From the NCBI GenBank assembly GCA_033442325.1, contig JAWQFM010000005.1:1336329-1400328 (forward strand): a stretch of DNA of 64,000 nt, read 5' to 3'. Numbering within the stretch: the first letter of the stretch is position 1; each line of letters opens with the position of its first letter. Positions 1-12,703 of the stretch are shown here, in pieces. The DNA comes from Salpingoeca rosetta. Lineage: Eukaryota > Protista > Choanoflagellata. Under the pieces are notes generated by a model, which was not told the origin of the DNA, searched no databases, and saw only the letters and a program-made list of their open reading frames with translations. Position numbers and translations under genes: made by a program.

Positions 1-22
1 CGTCAACCGCAAGGGCGCAGCA

Positions 23-3000
23 ATGGCGTGGTTGTTCTTACACTTGCCAGCTGTCGTGGCTACTTGTGCATTGGCTGCTTGTGCGAGTGAGCACCCTGCA
101 TTTCGCATCGCGCTGTGCGTTCCGCTGCTGGACGGGATCATTGGTGCTCTGGGCGGTGAGCGCGTGACCCTGCATGCACATCTCGATCAGTGGTGCATCG
201 GCACAAGGTTGGCTGCTGTGCCGCAGTTCCTGCGCCAAGCAGGGACACATGGCCCTGTGGCTGTAGCCAGATCTGGGTGGCCGGCCTACATGCGACCTTG
301 CACATGCAATGCCATTCTCGCCCTGCTGGCGCTGCTGGTGCACAGCGCGTGTGCGTCTTCCATCGCCGCGCCGTGGCTGACGCAAGCCAGTGCCGCTGCC
401 GTCCTTGCCTTGACCTCCATTGTGGCGCAACAGCCGAGGCTGCTCGTTCAACTCGAGCAAGGCTATGGCGTTGCTCCGTTGCAGCTCCTGCAAGTGGCGC
501 CGCTTACATGGCTTGCGTTTCTTGGCTTGAACGCGGCCTGTGCAGCCGTCCATCAGCATCCTTCTGCAACCGCGCCAGCACAGCCGGCGGGGCTGATCTC
601 GTTTTCATTTACGATTGCCCTCGTGTCCGTCCTCTTGCAGCGCCTCGCCTGCACCAACACCACATCAGCCACGCTCCACACGCAAGCCGATGATGCTGCC
701 GATTCGTTCACAGGAGCAGCAGCAGCAACAACAGCAGCAGTCACAGTAGCAAAAGCAGCAACAGCAACACCATCAGCATCAGCAGTAGCAACAGGAAAAG
801 CTGGTGGCACTCGTCGCAGACGCAACGCAAGGCAGCAGACCAGCAGCAACAGTGCTGGTGGTGAGGATTCGGGTGGCAGCCACGCACGCATGCGCATCCA
901 CGGTCAGCGGCGCCAGCGGTTTGACAACTCCCCGTCGCAGCACCGTGCCGTGTTTACCGATGACGGGCGTGATCTGGAAGGCGCCTGGATCGTGTGGGCG
1001 GATGTTGCCTTCCACTTTGTGCTTGAGGCAGTGGCTGCAGTCACCGCTCTCCTCGATACCACGCAGATTGTCTCAGCGCCGGCAACGCTCGCGTTATTTG
1101 CGCTGTGGACCGTGTGCGTGGCAGCAAGCATGCTGGCCCTTGTTCCGGCACAGCACATACACACGGCAGCCAGCCTCCTACACATGCGTGATCCCCCGAC
1201 GTTGCTCGTCTTGATCCGCTGGTGGTGGTGGCTGGGCACTTCGGCGCTTCTCGTAGCAGCCTGCACGGCACTGCCACAGCTTCTGTGCCACGTGATCACG
1301 CATCCACTCCGGGCTGTTGCATTCGCGCTCGTTGTCGTCCCGCCCCTTATCACATGCACACGGCGAACCAGTGGTGGCGGTGGTGGGGATGGAGGATGCG
1401 GTGGCGACAGAGGTGCTGGCGGTGATGGTGATGATGGTGCTGGCGAGGCTGAGGGGCCGAGTGTGAAGACAGGCCTCTTTGATGACAAGAGCATGCTGGC
1501 AGACGGGCCGTCGCTTCCTTTTGACCGGCACGACATTGAAGCAGCGAACCCCTCGTCCTTGTACGCGCGGGTCGTGGCGTCCATTCATGGTGCAAGGCGC
1601 TGGGTCACACGCGTGCGCGTCTCCTTCAAGACAGCACTGCGGAAGTTTCGCGCACGTGCGTCCGCTGCCATGGCAACGCTGTGCGTGCGTGTTGGCGTGC
1701 CTGCTGCAGCAGCCGCTCGCGGCATCAACGTTGTTGTTGGCGGCCGTGGTGGTGCTGGTGGTGGTGGGAACAACGCCGCAGTGGCGCTGGTGCTGTACAC
1801 GACGGCTGGTGCCGTGTGCACCGTGCACGACACGATTGGAGGGTCGTTGCACGTGCTCTCAGTGGCGGCTTTGGTGTGCGTTGCCATGTGCGCAGTGACA
1901 ATACTGCTAGTGACGTCTCGCCTTCCTACCGCCACCCCGAATGCTGCAGCCGCGACGTGGAGGCGAATGGTGGCGCAGACAACGCGCACAGTGACGGCAG
2001 TAGCTGTGCTCACGCTGTTCGTCTACATTGGAACGAGCGCACAGGGTGGTCGCAGAGGCGACAGCGACACCAGCGGGCCTGCAACCGAAACAGCACATCT
2101 TGCGTGGTCAGCACGCTTGTCTCTCATCATCGCGGCTGCCAACATTCTTACCATTTTCGGCCCTCTTGTGTCCGCGTCATCAGCATCAACGTCAACAGCG
2201 CCGGAGCCGGTGGTGGTCGCCGCGTTCGCGTGCCTGCAGGCAGCGTTGCTCGCTTATGACCCCAGCAGCAGTGGGAGTGGCGCCGTCATTGCCGCTGCCA
2301 TTCATTGCATGCACTGCACCGTGGTCAGCTTGGTCGTGGCTCCGTACCTACTCATGGGCGGCAGTGGTGGCAATGATGGTAGTGATGGTGGCAGCAGCAG
2401 GTCCAGCGAGAAGCTGATGTCTATCAATGCCATGCTCCCACACCACGCCGCGCTTCACTCTCTACTCGTTCCAACATGGCTGCAACGCCACGAGGGTGCA
2501 CGCAGACACGACGACCAGGGTGTGGCGGCAGCAGAAGCAGCTTGGCCAGATGTTGCGGACCCAGCCACCTCTGCCTCCACCACAACGACAACATTTGGTG
2601 CCACGAAGGCTGGCGCTAGGAGTGGGCTGCGTAAAGGTTTTCACAGGGCATGGCGTGTGCTGAAGACGGGGTGGCTGCGAGTGCTTGTGGGACCGGAAGC
2701 TGTGGAGTTCACAGCTGCCATTGTCCTGTGGCCCTTGATGGACCGTCACACTGCCACACACAGCACCAACAGCAACAGTGACAACAGCAACAACAGCAGC
2801 AATAGCGGCGGCGGCATTGCCGTTACCAGGACTGCTGCTGCTGCTGCTGCTGCTGTGACTGGTGGGAGAGGATGGGGTGAGGGTGCTGGAGGAAGCCATG
2901 GAAGCGGCAACGGCGCGAAAGACGATGTTGTTGTTGTTGTGCCAATTGGCGAAACCAGCACCAATGAAGGCGACAGTGGTGGCGGTGATGGTGTCAGCAC

Positions 3001-3538
3001 GACTGCATTCTTCGGAAGTCGCTATCGGCGCGTTGCGGTGTTGCTTGTGCACGCGTGTGCGGTGGGTGGCGCTCTTGCGTCGGTGTGTGCGCTGCAATCG
3101 CCAAAACACGTTGTTCGTGTTTGGATGGCCGTGGCGGCCGCTCTGTTTCCGCTTCACCTTCGCTCTTCCCTCCCGTCCTCTGCCCGGAAACGTGTCCCAT
3201 TGGTCCACATTGCAGGTGTGTGTGTGTGTATGTGTGTAGGGGGCGGATTGTGCCTTTTTGTTTGTCGTGTGTGTGTGTGTGTCATGTGTGTGTGTGCATG
3301 ATGTTTGTGGTGTTATGTGGATGTGTCGTGCTGTTGCTTTTACTGTTGTTTCAAGCCCTCACCCTGGTTCGTGTGCTGCATCTTTCACATCTTTAGCGTC
3401 GGTGGCAGGGGTGCTGTTGCCCCACGTGGTGATGAAGGGTCAGCCCTTCTGCTTCACATCAGCACCATGTTCAACTGCGAGCGCCGTATTAATTTCACTC
3501 GCTACAACATCCATGCAGGTACACACACACACACGCGC

Positions 3539-3613
<75 letters not shown>

Positions 3614-4431
3614 CACACGCACGCACGCACGCACGCACGCACAAAGCAAAAACCAAACACACATACACACACGCACCAACACACACACTCACTCACGCAC
3701 GCACGCACATGCCTCCACGTCTGGTTGGTGTGGTTATGGTTTTTTTGTTGCTTGCATGCGTTTCTTGGTCTTCTCACGTTCGACGTTGGCAACGCAATTC
3801 CATTGTTTCTGCCAGCTGATGGGCGCGCTGCCAAGCGTTGCAGACGTGCTGACGACACACGCGCTTCGGCTGCCGTTGTTTGAAGCAGCGCTGGCCAGGC
3901 TCACCGCGTGTTGCATCATGACTGCCATATTGTTGGAAACGTGGCCCCTTATTCCGTTTCATGTTGCGTCCATCATTCTCAATGGCTGCTTCACCGCTCT
4001 TCTGCAATCGGTGTGTGAGCGTGTGTGAGCTTGTGTTTGTTTGTTTGTTTGTTTGTTTGTTTGGTTTTGTGTTTGCTTGCTCGCTTCTTGCTCGCTTGTT
4101 CGCTTGCTTGTAGTTCTGTGTGTGTCAACACACACCGTTGGTTCTTTCTGTTGGTGGCAAGATTTGGCTTTGCTTTTTGTGTCGTTGTATTCATCTCACC
4201 AACTCAAATACTGCCGTGCATGTGATTGCCAGGGTGTTGTCACCGCTGGTGCGTGCATGTGCGCGCTGCTGTGGATTGGAACCGCGGCGTTTGCACCACT
4301 GGCATCTCAAGCACAACGTCTCGCCCAGAGTAAGTGCGTGTGGGTTTACTCATACAGTTCCTTCACATAGCTGTGTGTGTGTGTGTGTGCTGTGTGTGTG
4401 TGTGTGTGTGTGCTCTGTGCGTGCTCTGTGC

Positions 4432-4470
<39 letters not shown>

Positions 4471-5439
4471 GTTCGCTGGGCTGCAACCTCTTATCCACGC
4501 TTACGTGAACACATGCATGTGACGTGGGCAGGTATACTGGGCGTGGCGGTACTGTTGTACCCGCTATTCAAAGCCGTGTACATCGTCATCGTCGTTGCAG
4601 CAGCGTTTTACGACGGTACGCTGCTGCATGGGCAGAGAGTAGCATTGTGGAGGGGTGCAATCGTTGTGCTGCTGGCAATTGCGGTTGCGGTCTGTTGATG
4701 CACTCCCCGGGAAATATGATGTGTCCTAATTTAGTTGCCCGCCGTCCAAATATTTATACACTCTTACGTGCACACACACACAGACGTGTTTCTCGACCTG
4801 TCTGACGCATGGTGGCTGGCGGTGTCCCATCGTGCGTATGCGCTCATGGCGCTGCCGTCGACGCTGCTCGCCCTCCGCCCTGAATTGCATGCGTGTGCAC
4901 TCCACTTTGGGCTCGCCAGGCAACACACCTCCAGCAGATACCAGGTGCAGATGACAGAAGAGGTCTTGGTTGGTTTTGTCTGGTGCAAGTACGACCTTGT
5001 GTGCGTGTGTGTTTGCGTGTGTGTGTGTGTGTTTTACGACGCTGTCACAATGTGTTTCTTGGACGGCTTGCTCACGACAGTGCTGTCATGTGTTTATGCG
5101 CATCAAGATGGACTACGTATATCATCTCCCAGCGCTCTTCCTGCTCTATGTCATCTGTGACGAGAGACAACTCAGGTATCCATGAACAGCATCCCTACAT
5201 GTGCGCGCATGTGTGTGCGCATGTGCTCGATTTTGTATGTGTGGGGCGAAGGCCACTGCGGCTGGGTTGCCTTTCTCGTCACTGTCACTGACACTGCCAC
5301 TGTCGTCTCGCCCTCGCCAACTGCTGCTCACACCCGCCCCTCTTTCTGCTTTGAATGGCACTGCAGAGAGCTCTATGCATTGCTCTTGTGCTGGTACGCG
5401 TTTGCCACGTGGCGGCACGCGTCAGGGCTGTCACCGTGA
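23..5439 (+). CDS. Large hypothetical multipass membrane protein (spliced; may begin upstream of the window)
   Basis: Exon of ~3.2 kb (23-~3216) with many hydrophobic segments separated by Gly/Ser/Ala-rich loops. Small hydrophobic GT-AG exons follow (~3397-3518, ~3817-4010, ~4232-4329, ~4783-4968, ~5133-5175, ~5367-5439), ending in TGA at 5437-5439. The frame is also open upstream of 23. No family recognised; exon boundaries are approximate. Confidence 0.6.
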
Positions 5440-5614
5440 ACAGGGCAACAACAGCAACAGCAACACAACGACACCAACAGCAAACCAACAGCAATCAAAC
5501 AACAATCAAACAGCAATCAACACCAGCACAACAGGAAATAGACGCCAGCACAACAGGAAACAGACGCACACACACACACACACACACACACCCACACACA
5601 CCCACACACACCCA

Positions 5615-5716
<102 letters not shown>

Positions 5717-6132
5717 CCCCACGTTGTTGAGATCTTGTTGTAACGCGTGGCGACACGTGTCAACTTTCGCCGTCTTGCCCCCCCCCCCCCTTCATGTATT
5801 TAGCTCGGCCTCCCCCTCTCCCATTACCGTGTGTACAAATGCTATTTTCGGTCGATCGCTAGCTCGCATACACGTGCATGTGTGCGGAACTCTTCTGAGG
5901 TGCAGTGTAATCGATTACAACAGCGACAGTCAGTCACACATGCGTTGGCGGTGCAAGGAGAAACAAGGTGGTGGTGGTGGTGGTGGTGTGTGTGTGTGTG
6001 TTGGGGGGGGGGAGGGAGACAACAGAAGGCACAAGACTGCGTTGCGTGTTAACAACAACAGACATGGACGAATGGGTGTTGGGGGGTCTGTGTGGAAGAC
6101 GTCAAAGGCACGTCACGTGGCGCCATGTCTGC

Positions 6133-7445
6133 TCAGGCGGCCTGGGGGAGGCCGTGTTGCTTCAGCTGCACACACAGTTGGGAATTGACAAGGACGCGGT
6201 GGCAGATTATGGCAGGGACACACGTGCAGGCGATATGCTTGATGAGATGGTACAAAAGGATATGGAATCAGACAGCGCTTCTTGTTGTTGTTATGAATGT
6301 GATGCCATGTTCATGTCACGAGCAGTCGTGCAGTCGTGCAGACAGGCAGACAGACAGATACACACAAACGAACAAACACACAGAGAAACACACACACAGA
6401 CAGACAGACACACACACACACAGACACACACACACACAAAACACAAGCCGACATCGACTGCACCTGGAGCAGGACGGAGCGCATGCGGGCGACATCACGC
6501 TGGTTGCGGTTGGCCTTTGTGGAGAAGTCCACGAGCGCCGCCACCCGCTGCCACGCGTTGTCGGGGTTCGTGTCATCGCGTGCGTTGATGAAGGCCTCCT
6601 CGTCGTCCCTGGAAGAGAGGGAGGGAGAGGAAGGGTGGCAGCCGAAAGGCGGTGAGACAAAAAAAAAAAACCAAAAACAGTCCACAACAAAGGCATGCGC
6701 GGAGCTAAACCACAAGCATGCAAGTTCCAAGCAAGCAAGTTCCAAGCAAGTAGCACAGAAGAGTCACCGAAAGAAAGAAACGCAACATTGGATATGGGTA
6801 CAAAGGGGCTGTTGTGGTCAAGCCATCCATCAACTTCATCAACTCCAACAACAACAATAACATAACAACTGAAACAGCATTTTTCAACGAAACCAACTTG
6901 TTCTTCTGCAGGTTGTCCTCAATAAGCTGCTTGTGTGTGTCGTGCAGCCCTTCAAGTTCCTGGGTACCCTCCTCCTTCAGGGCCTGCGCGGATGAACACG
7001 AACAAGACATCAACAATGAGGCCAGGGTCGCACCAAGAGGAGTGTAAACGCAAAAGGAAACAGAGACGAGCACAACTGACAAAACATGCGGTCAAAGGGA
7101 AGCGAGCACACATGTACTCACACACATGTACTCACTCGCACACATGTACTCACTCGCACACACACACACGTACCTGGTTGTCCTCTTCGGCCTTGGCATC
7201 CTTCTCCTTGATGCGCTCCTCAAACTCCTCACGCCAGCGCCTGAGAGCATACATATCATGATAAGGGAGGGATGACAAAGGAGTGAGACATGCAAAAGCT
7301 ACCAGGACGTTCAACCCATATGCACCCATACAAGCAGACACACAACACAAACACACAACCAGACAGCCAGGAGACAAACAGACAAACAGACACACACAAC
7401 CCCCACACACAACACACACACACACAAACACACACAAACACACGC

Positions 7446-7478
<33 letters not shown>

Positions 7479-7571
7479 CACACGCAACACACACACACAC
7501 ACAACACACACACACACACACACAAGTAAGCAGACGCACTGGATCGATTCAGGCTCAGCCGCGTCCATCAT
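6133..7571 (-). CDS. CLC: Clathrin light chain (5 exons, ~120 aa, short N-terminus)
   Basis: Spliced translation MMDAAEPESIQRWREEFEERIKEKDAKAEEDNQ|ALKEEGTQELEGLHDTHKQLIEDNLQKNK|DDEEAFINARDDTNPDNAWQRVAALVDFSTKANRNQRDVARMRSVLLQ|LKQHGLPQAA*. It matches the CLC heavy-chain-binding helix (EPESIxxWREE) and the C-terminal WxRVxxLxDF...DVxRMRSVLxxLKQ motif. Confidence 0.88.
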
Positions 7572-7721
7572 TGGTGTTTGTCTTGCTTGGCTCTTGTGTT
7601 TGTTGTGGATTTGGACAATTTGTGTATGACAATGCCAATTTTCAGCACACCATCCACGCTGCACACCACACCATCCAACCAACCACACCAACCAACACAC
7701 CGTCCACGACAAACCGGCACC

Positions 7722-8669
7722 ATGGGCATCCTCGATAGGATCGCGGAGATTGAGGCGGAGATGAAGCGCACTCAAAAGAACAAAGGTGTGTGACCCCATA
7801 CTCACACGCGCACACGTGACAGCCAATGTTTTGCCTGCTTCGTGTTGCTGTGTACGTTGGTTTGTTTCGGATTGTGTTGATGTTGTCTTTTCACACAAAC
7901 CCTCACACCACCTTCCTCTGCCTGTCTTTGCTAGCCACGGAGTACCATTTGGGTGTGTTGAAGGCCAAGCTGGCAAAGCTTCGCTCGCAGCTCATTGAGG
8001 CAGCCAACGAGTCGAGTGGAGGGAAAGGAGAAGGCTTTGAAGTACAAAAATCGGGCTGCAGCCGCGTGGTCATGATCGGTTTCCCTTCCGTCGGCAAGGT
8101 CTGTGACGCGTTTGCGTGTGTGTGTGTGTGTGCGTGTGTGTGTGTGTGTGCTGTTCTACTTGTTGACGCACTCCTTCGTTCCGCACCTCTTCCTTCTTTC
8201 CTCACTGTAACCACGGCATTCATGTGCTGTCCTCCCTGCAGTCCACGTTGCTGAGTAAAGTGACGACAACAGAGAGCGTGTCTGCAGCCTACGCCTTCAC
8301 CACCCTCACATGCGTTCCTGGCAAGCTCAACGTGAGTCTCCACTGGTGTCGCTCAATGGAGCGACCGAGACTGTCGTGGTGGCTACGTCTCCTCCCATCC
8401 TAACCCGCAAGTCCTACGATGTCTTTCCTCCACCCATTTGCTTCCCTCACAAACTTTCTGCATGCATGTGTGTGTGTGGTTGTGACATGTGTGCGTCTTC
8501 GACAGTATCGTGGCGCCACGATTCAGCTGCTTGATCTCCCCGGAATTATTGAGGGCGCTTCACAGGGCAAAGGACGCGGAAAACAGGTCCGTACTCCCAC
8601 CGCCACGTTGTGCTGGCGCTGTTGTTGGTGCTGCGTTGATGTTGTGTGTGTATGTGTGTATGTGTGTGT

Positions 8670-8710
<41 letters not shown>

Positions 8711-10232
8711 CGTTGTGTTTGCACTGCGTGTGCCTTGCACCTACATTGCGTGTACGTCTGTTGTGGCGCTGCCAATACCCACCACCACCACCACCACCAC
8801 CACCAACACGACGACGTGCTGGTGTCTCTGCTTCTGCTTTCTCTTGCAGGTGATTGCCGTTGCGCGGACAGCCGACGTTGTGCTCATGATGCTCGATGCA
8901 ACAAAGGGCGAGAAGCAAAAGTGAGTCACACACTGTCGTAGTTATTCGTTTGTATGTGTGTGTGTATGTCTGCAAGCAAGCATGGTGGCCTGCTCACAAC
9001 TGAGTTGCTGTCGTTGATGATGGCGCGCTGCTGTTGCGCTGCAGAGAACTGCTGACGAAGGAGCTTGAGACGTGCGGCATTCGACTCAACACGAGGAAAC
9101 CAAACATCACGCTCAAGGTGCGGTGCATGCCCTGCCGCTTTGCACGAACACAGAGGAGTGGGACGTGAGGTGTGAACGCGATGTGCGTGCGTGTGACGTG
9201 TGGGTATGCATGGACGTGTGTGTATGCATGGACGTGTGTGTATGCATGTGTGTGTGTGTGTGTGTAGATTGGAAAGGGGCTCATGGTCGACAGACCAACG
9301 CGCTAACAAACAAGTGGCAATACGCACATCTACACCACACACCACACATCATCTCCACCTCGATCTTAACCCAGCTAACCAACCAACCAACCAACCCATT
9401 AAACCTTGGTCTTCTCTGTCTGTTGCCTCTGCGCGCGCGTGTGTATGTATGTGTGCGTGTGCGTGTGCGTGTGCGTGTGCGTGTGCGCGCGCGTGTATGT
9501 ATGTGTGCGTGTGTGTGTGTGTGCGTGTGTGTGCGTGTGCGTGTGTGTGTGTCCGCCTCCTCAGGTGAAGAAGGGTGGCGGCATTTCGTTCAACTCGACG
9601 TGCAAGCTGACAAAAGTGGACGAGCGGATGGTGAAGCTGATCATGCACGAGTACAAGATCCACAACGCCGAGATCCTCTTCAGAGAAGACTGCACCCAAG
9701 GTACGGCCACGCATATACAGTTTGCGTACACGTGTGTGTTTGTGTTTGGTGTGTGTGTATGTGTGTATGTGTGTGTGTGTGTGTGTGCTCTCGGGTGTGT
9801 GCGAGCTTTTTCATGTTTCACACGCACTGACTGACGCGTATGCACTTTTCCACGCACACCCTCTGCACGACACAACACACTTCCCTTCTCTCCCAACATG
9901 TGCAGAGGAGCTGATTGACGTGATTGAGGGCAACCGCATCTACATGCCGTGTCTCTACTGCTACAACAAGGCGGATCTTGTCTCCATTGAAGAGTGCGAT
10001 CGCCTTGCTCGCCTCCCGCACTCTGTCGTCATCAGGTAAGCGTGGCATAGCAGCGGCTGCCGTGGTTGGTGTGGTTGGTGACAAGTCGTGGCTTGTTGCG
10101 GTGTATTTGGTGATGCCTGCGAAGTCGGCGGAAGGCCAAGTTGTTCCAACAAGCATGCACCGTGTCGGACTGGCACAAACACACACGCACGCACACGCAC
10201 AGCACACACACACGCACACACACATACACACG

Positions 10233-10279
<47 letters not shown>

Positions 10280-10762
10280 GCACGCACGCACGCCCACAAC
10301 ACACACACAACGAACGACCAAACGACTCACTCCTCTGTCTCTGCCTGCCGCGTGTGCATGATAGCTCTGGGCTTGACCTGGGATTTGATTACCTGTTTGA
10401 GAAGTTGTGGGAATACTTGGATCTCATTCGCGTGTACACGAAGCGCAAGGGCGGTGCGTAATGCCTTCCAGGGTGTTGCGCATGTGTGTGTGCGTGTGTG
10501 CGTGTGTTTGAGGGGGGCGGCTTGTATTCGTGTGCACGCAAAGCGCGTTTGGCTACATACCTGCATGCACGCGCCCCATTCATTTGCTCACCGCCTTGTT
10601 CGTGATGTGTTTGCGTGTGTGCCTGCGTGTAGCCATGCCTGATTTCACAGAACCGATGGTGATGCGAAAGGACAGCTCCGTCAAGGACGCGGTGAGGCCG
10701 TCGATCACACACACACACATATGGAGAGACACACAGAGAGACCCAAGCAAACAAACGCGCGC

Positions 10763-10819
<57 letters not shown>

Positions 10820-11038
10820 TGAAGAGGCAAGCAAACACGTGCACGCGCACATATGCTCACGCACATTGGCACACGCGTGGACGCATCATGTGCACACACT
10901 TCCTCACCACTGCCTGTTCGCAATCGGTCTGCAGTGCCATGCAATCCATAGGACCCTCGTGCAAACCTTCAAGGCAGCGCTTGTTTGGGTGCGTTTCGTG
11001 TGCCCTCTTATTATTACACGCCTCACCTTTGAACTGTT

Positions 11039-11086
<48 letters not shown>

Positions 11087-11200
11087 GACGCGCGTGCTTG
11101 CTTCATTTACAGGTGCCCACATACACTCCATTCACCCCCGCCGTTGCGTAAATCTGTTTCCATCTCACCTCTGTTGCCCCCAAACCTCTCGCGTGCGTGC

Positions 11201-11243
<43 letters not shown>

Positions 11244-11386
11244 TATGTGTGTGTGTGTGTGTGTGTGTGCGTGTGTGTGCACTGTTGAATGCGTAGGGCA
11301 CGAGCACGAAGCACAACCCACAGCGCGTGGGTATCAACCACGTGTTGGAGGACGAAGACGTCTTGCAGATTATCAAGAAGAACTGA
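7722..11386 (+). CDS. DRG2: Developmentally regulated GTP-binding protein 2 (OBG family, TGS domain)
   Basis: Exons encode [29 protein letters not shown]1 GFPSVGKST, G2 YAFTTLT, G3 [35 protein letters not shown], and the C-terminal [29 protein letters not shown]. The ATEYHLG and RTADV motifs favour DRG2 over DRG1. Confidence 0.95.
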
Positions 11387-12031
11387 CAAGCAAGATCTCT
11401 CACACCTAAACACATGCACATACGAACTCCGACAGCACAACACACACAACACACATGCACACACACACACACACATACAATACACGCAACACACAACGCC
11501 CTCTCCTCGTTGGCTACTTGAGCACTTTGGTACTTGCGTCTTCTTTGGGTGTTTCTGTGATCATCTCCTCTGTGTTGCATAAGGTACAAGCAAATGCAAT
11601 TCGCACGAACAAGGCCTACAGATGGTTTACAGTGCTCGTCGTGTGCACATGCGCGTCAAGTAAGAACAAGAGGAACAGTCGAAAGGGGAGTCCCGGATGC
11701 AAGGCAGGGTTGTCCTTCACATATGAACAACAGCAAACAAGCAAGAGAGTGCTAACTAGAGACCTGTCGTGGAGAAAGAAAGAAAGAAACAACAAAAAAT
11801 CAACTTTTCATGCCACTTTACACAGCATCGCATTGCGTGATGTGAAATCAAGTCACATCATTGAGCAAACATGAAGGGCTGACAGTTGATTTGAACACAT
11901 GCAAGGGTGATGGCAAGAGGAGCAATCACAGTAACAGCACCCCCAACCCGCTGCCACCTAACAGCATCCTCCCAGCCTCAAGAGCAAATAAAGGACGACG
12001 ATTGTAACCATGCTGACACGTCCCTGTGGTG

Positions 12032-12596
12032 TCACACCTTCCGCATGCGTGTCCACAGCTTTGAGAGGCGCACATACGCCTCCGCCGACACCTCACGCAG
12101 TGCACAGCGCAGCAGTGCATCCATGCGTTCGAGCAACTGCATGCACTCCTTCTGTGAGGGGCCTGTGCATATTGCAGATGCGTTGATGCGTGGGCACTCG
12201 CCATCTTCATTGTCATCGTCGTCACCGCCGCTGCCATCGGTCGGTGTTGGCCGCTCCCAGAACGTGAGCTCGAGCTGTGGCAGCGGCGTTGCGCGGGCAG
12301 CACGAGATGACGGCGAGAGGAGGAAGGGGAGGTGAAGCGGAGACACCACGCAGTCGGCGCCAGGCACGCTGATGTGGCTGTTGCCGCTGTAGTGGAGGTC
12401 AGGGTGCGGGCGCGTGGTGGTGGTGGCCAGCGGTGCCACACTCGCGCGCGGCAGATACCGACACTGCAATAGGATCAACAGTGCGGTGGGTTGCGGGGTT
12501 GTGGTGACGAGGGGTGAGTGAGTAACATCAAGGCAATCAAGCAAGCAGTATGAAACTTGTGCACAACGGTGTCCCGCGTCACACACAAGCACACAG

Positions 12597-12632
<36 letters not shown>

Positions 12633-12672
12633 GCGCACAAGCACACAGACACACAGACACACACACAAGCAC

Positions 12673-12703
<31 letters not shown>

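Noticed and set aside
8290-8310. DRG2 G2 motif YAFTT instead of YEFTT
   Set aside because: Within the variation I recall for DRG2/Rbg2 and other OBG-family members; the key Thr is intact
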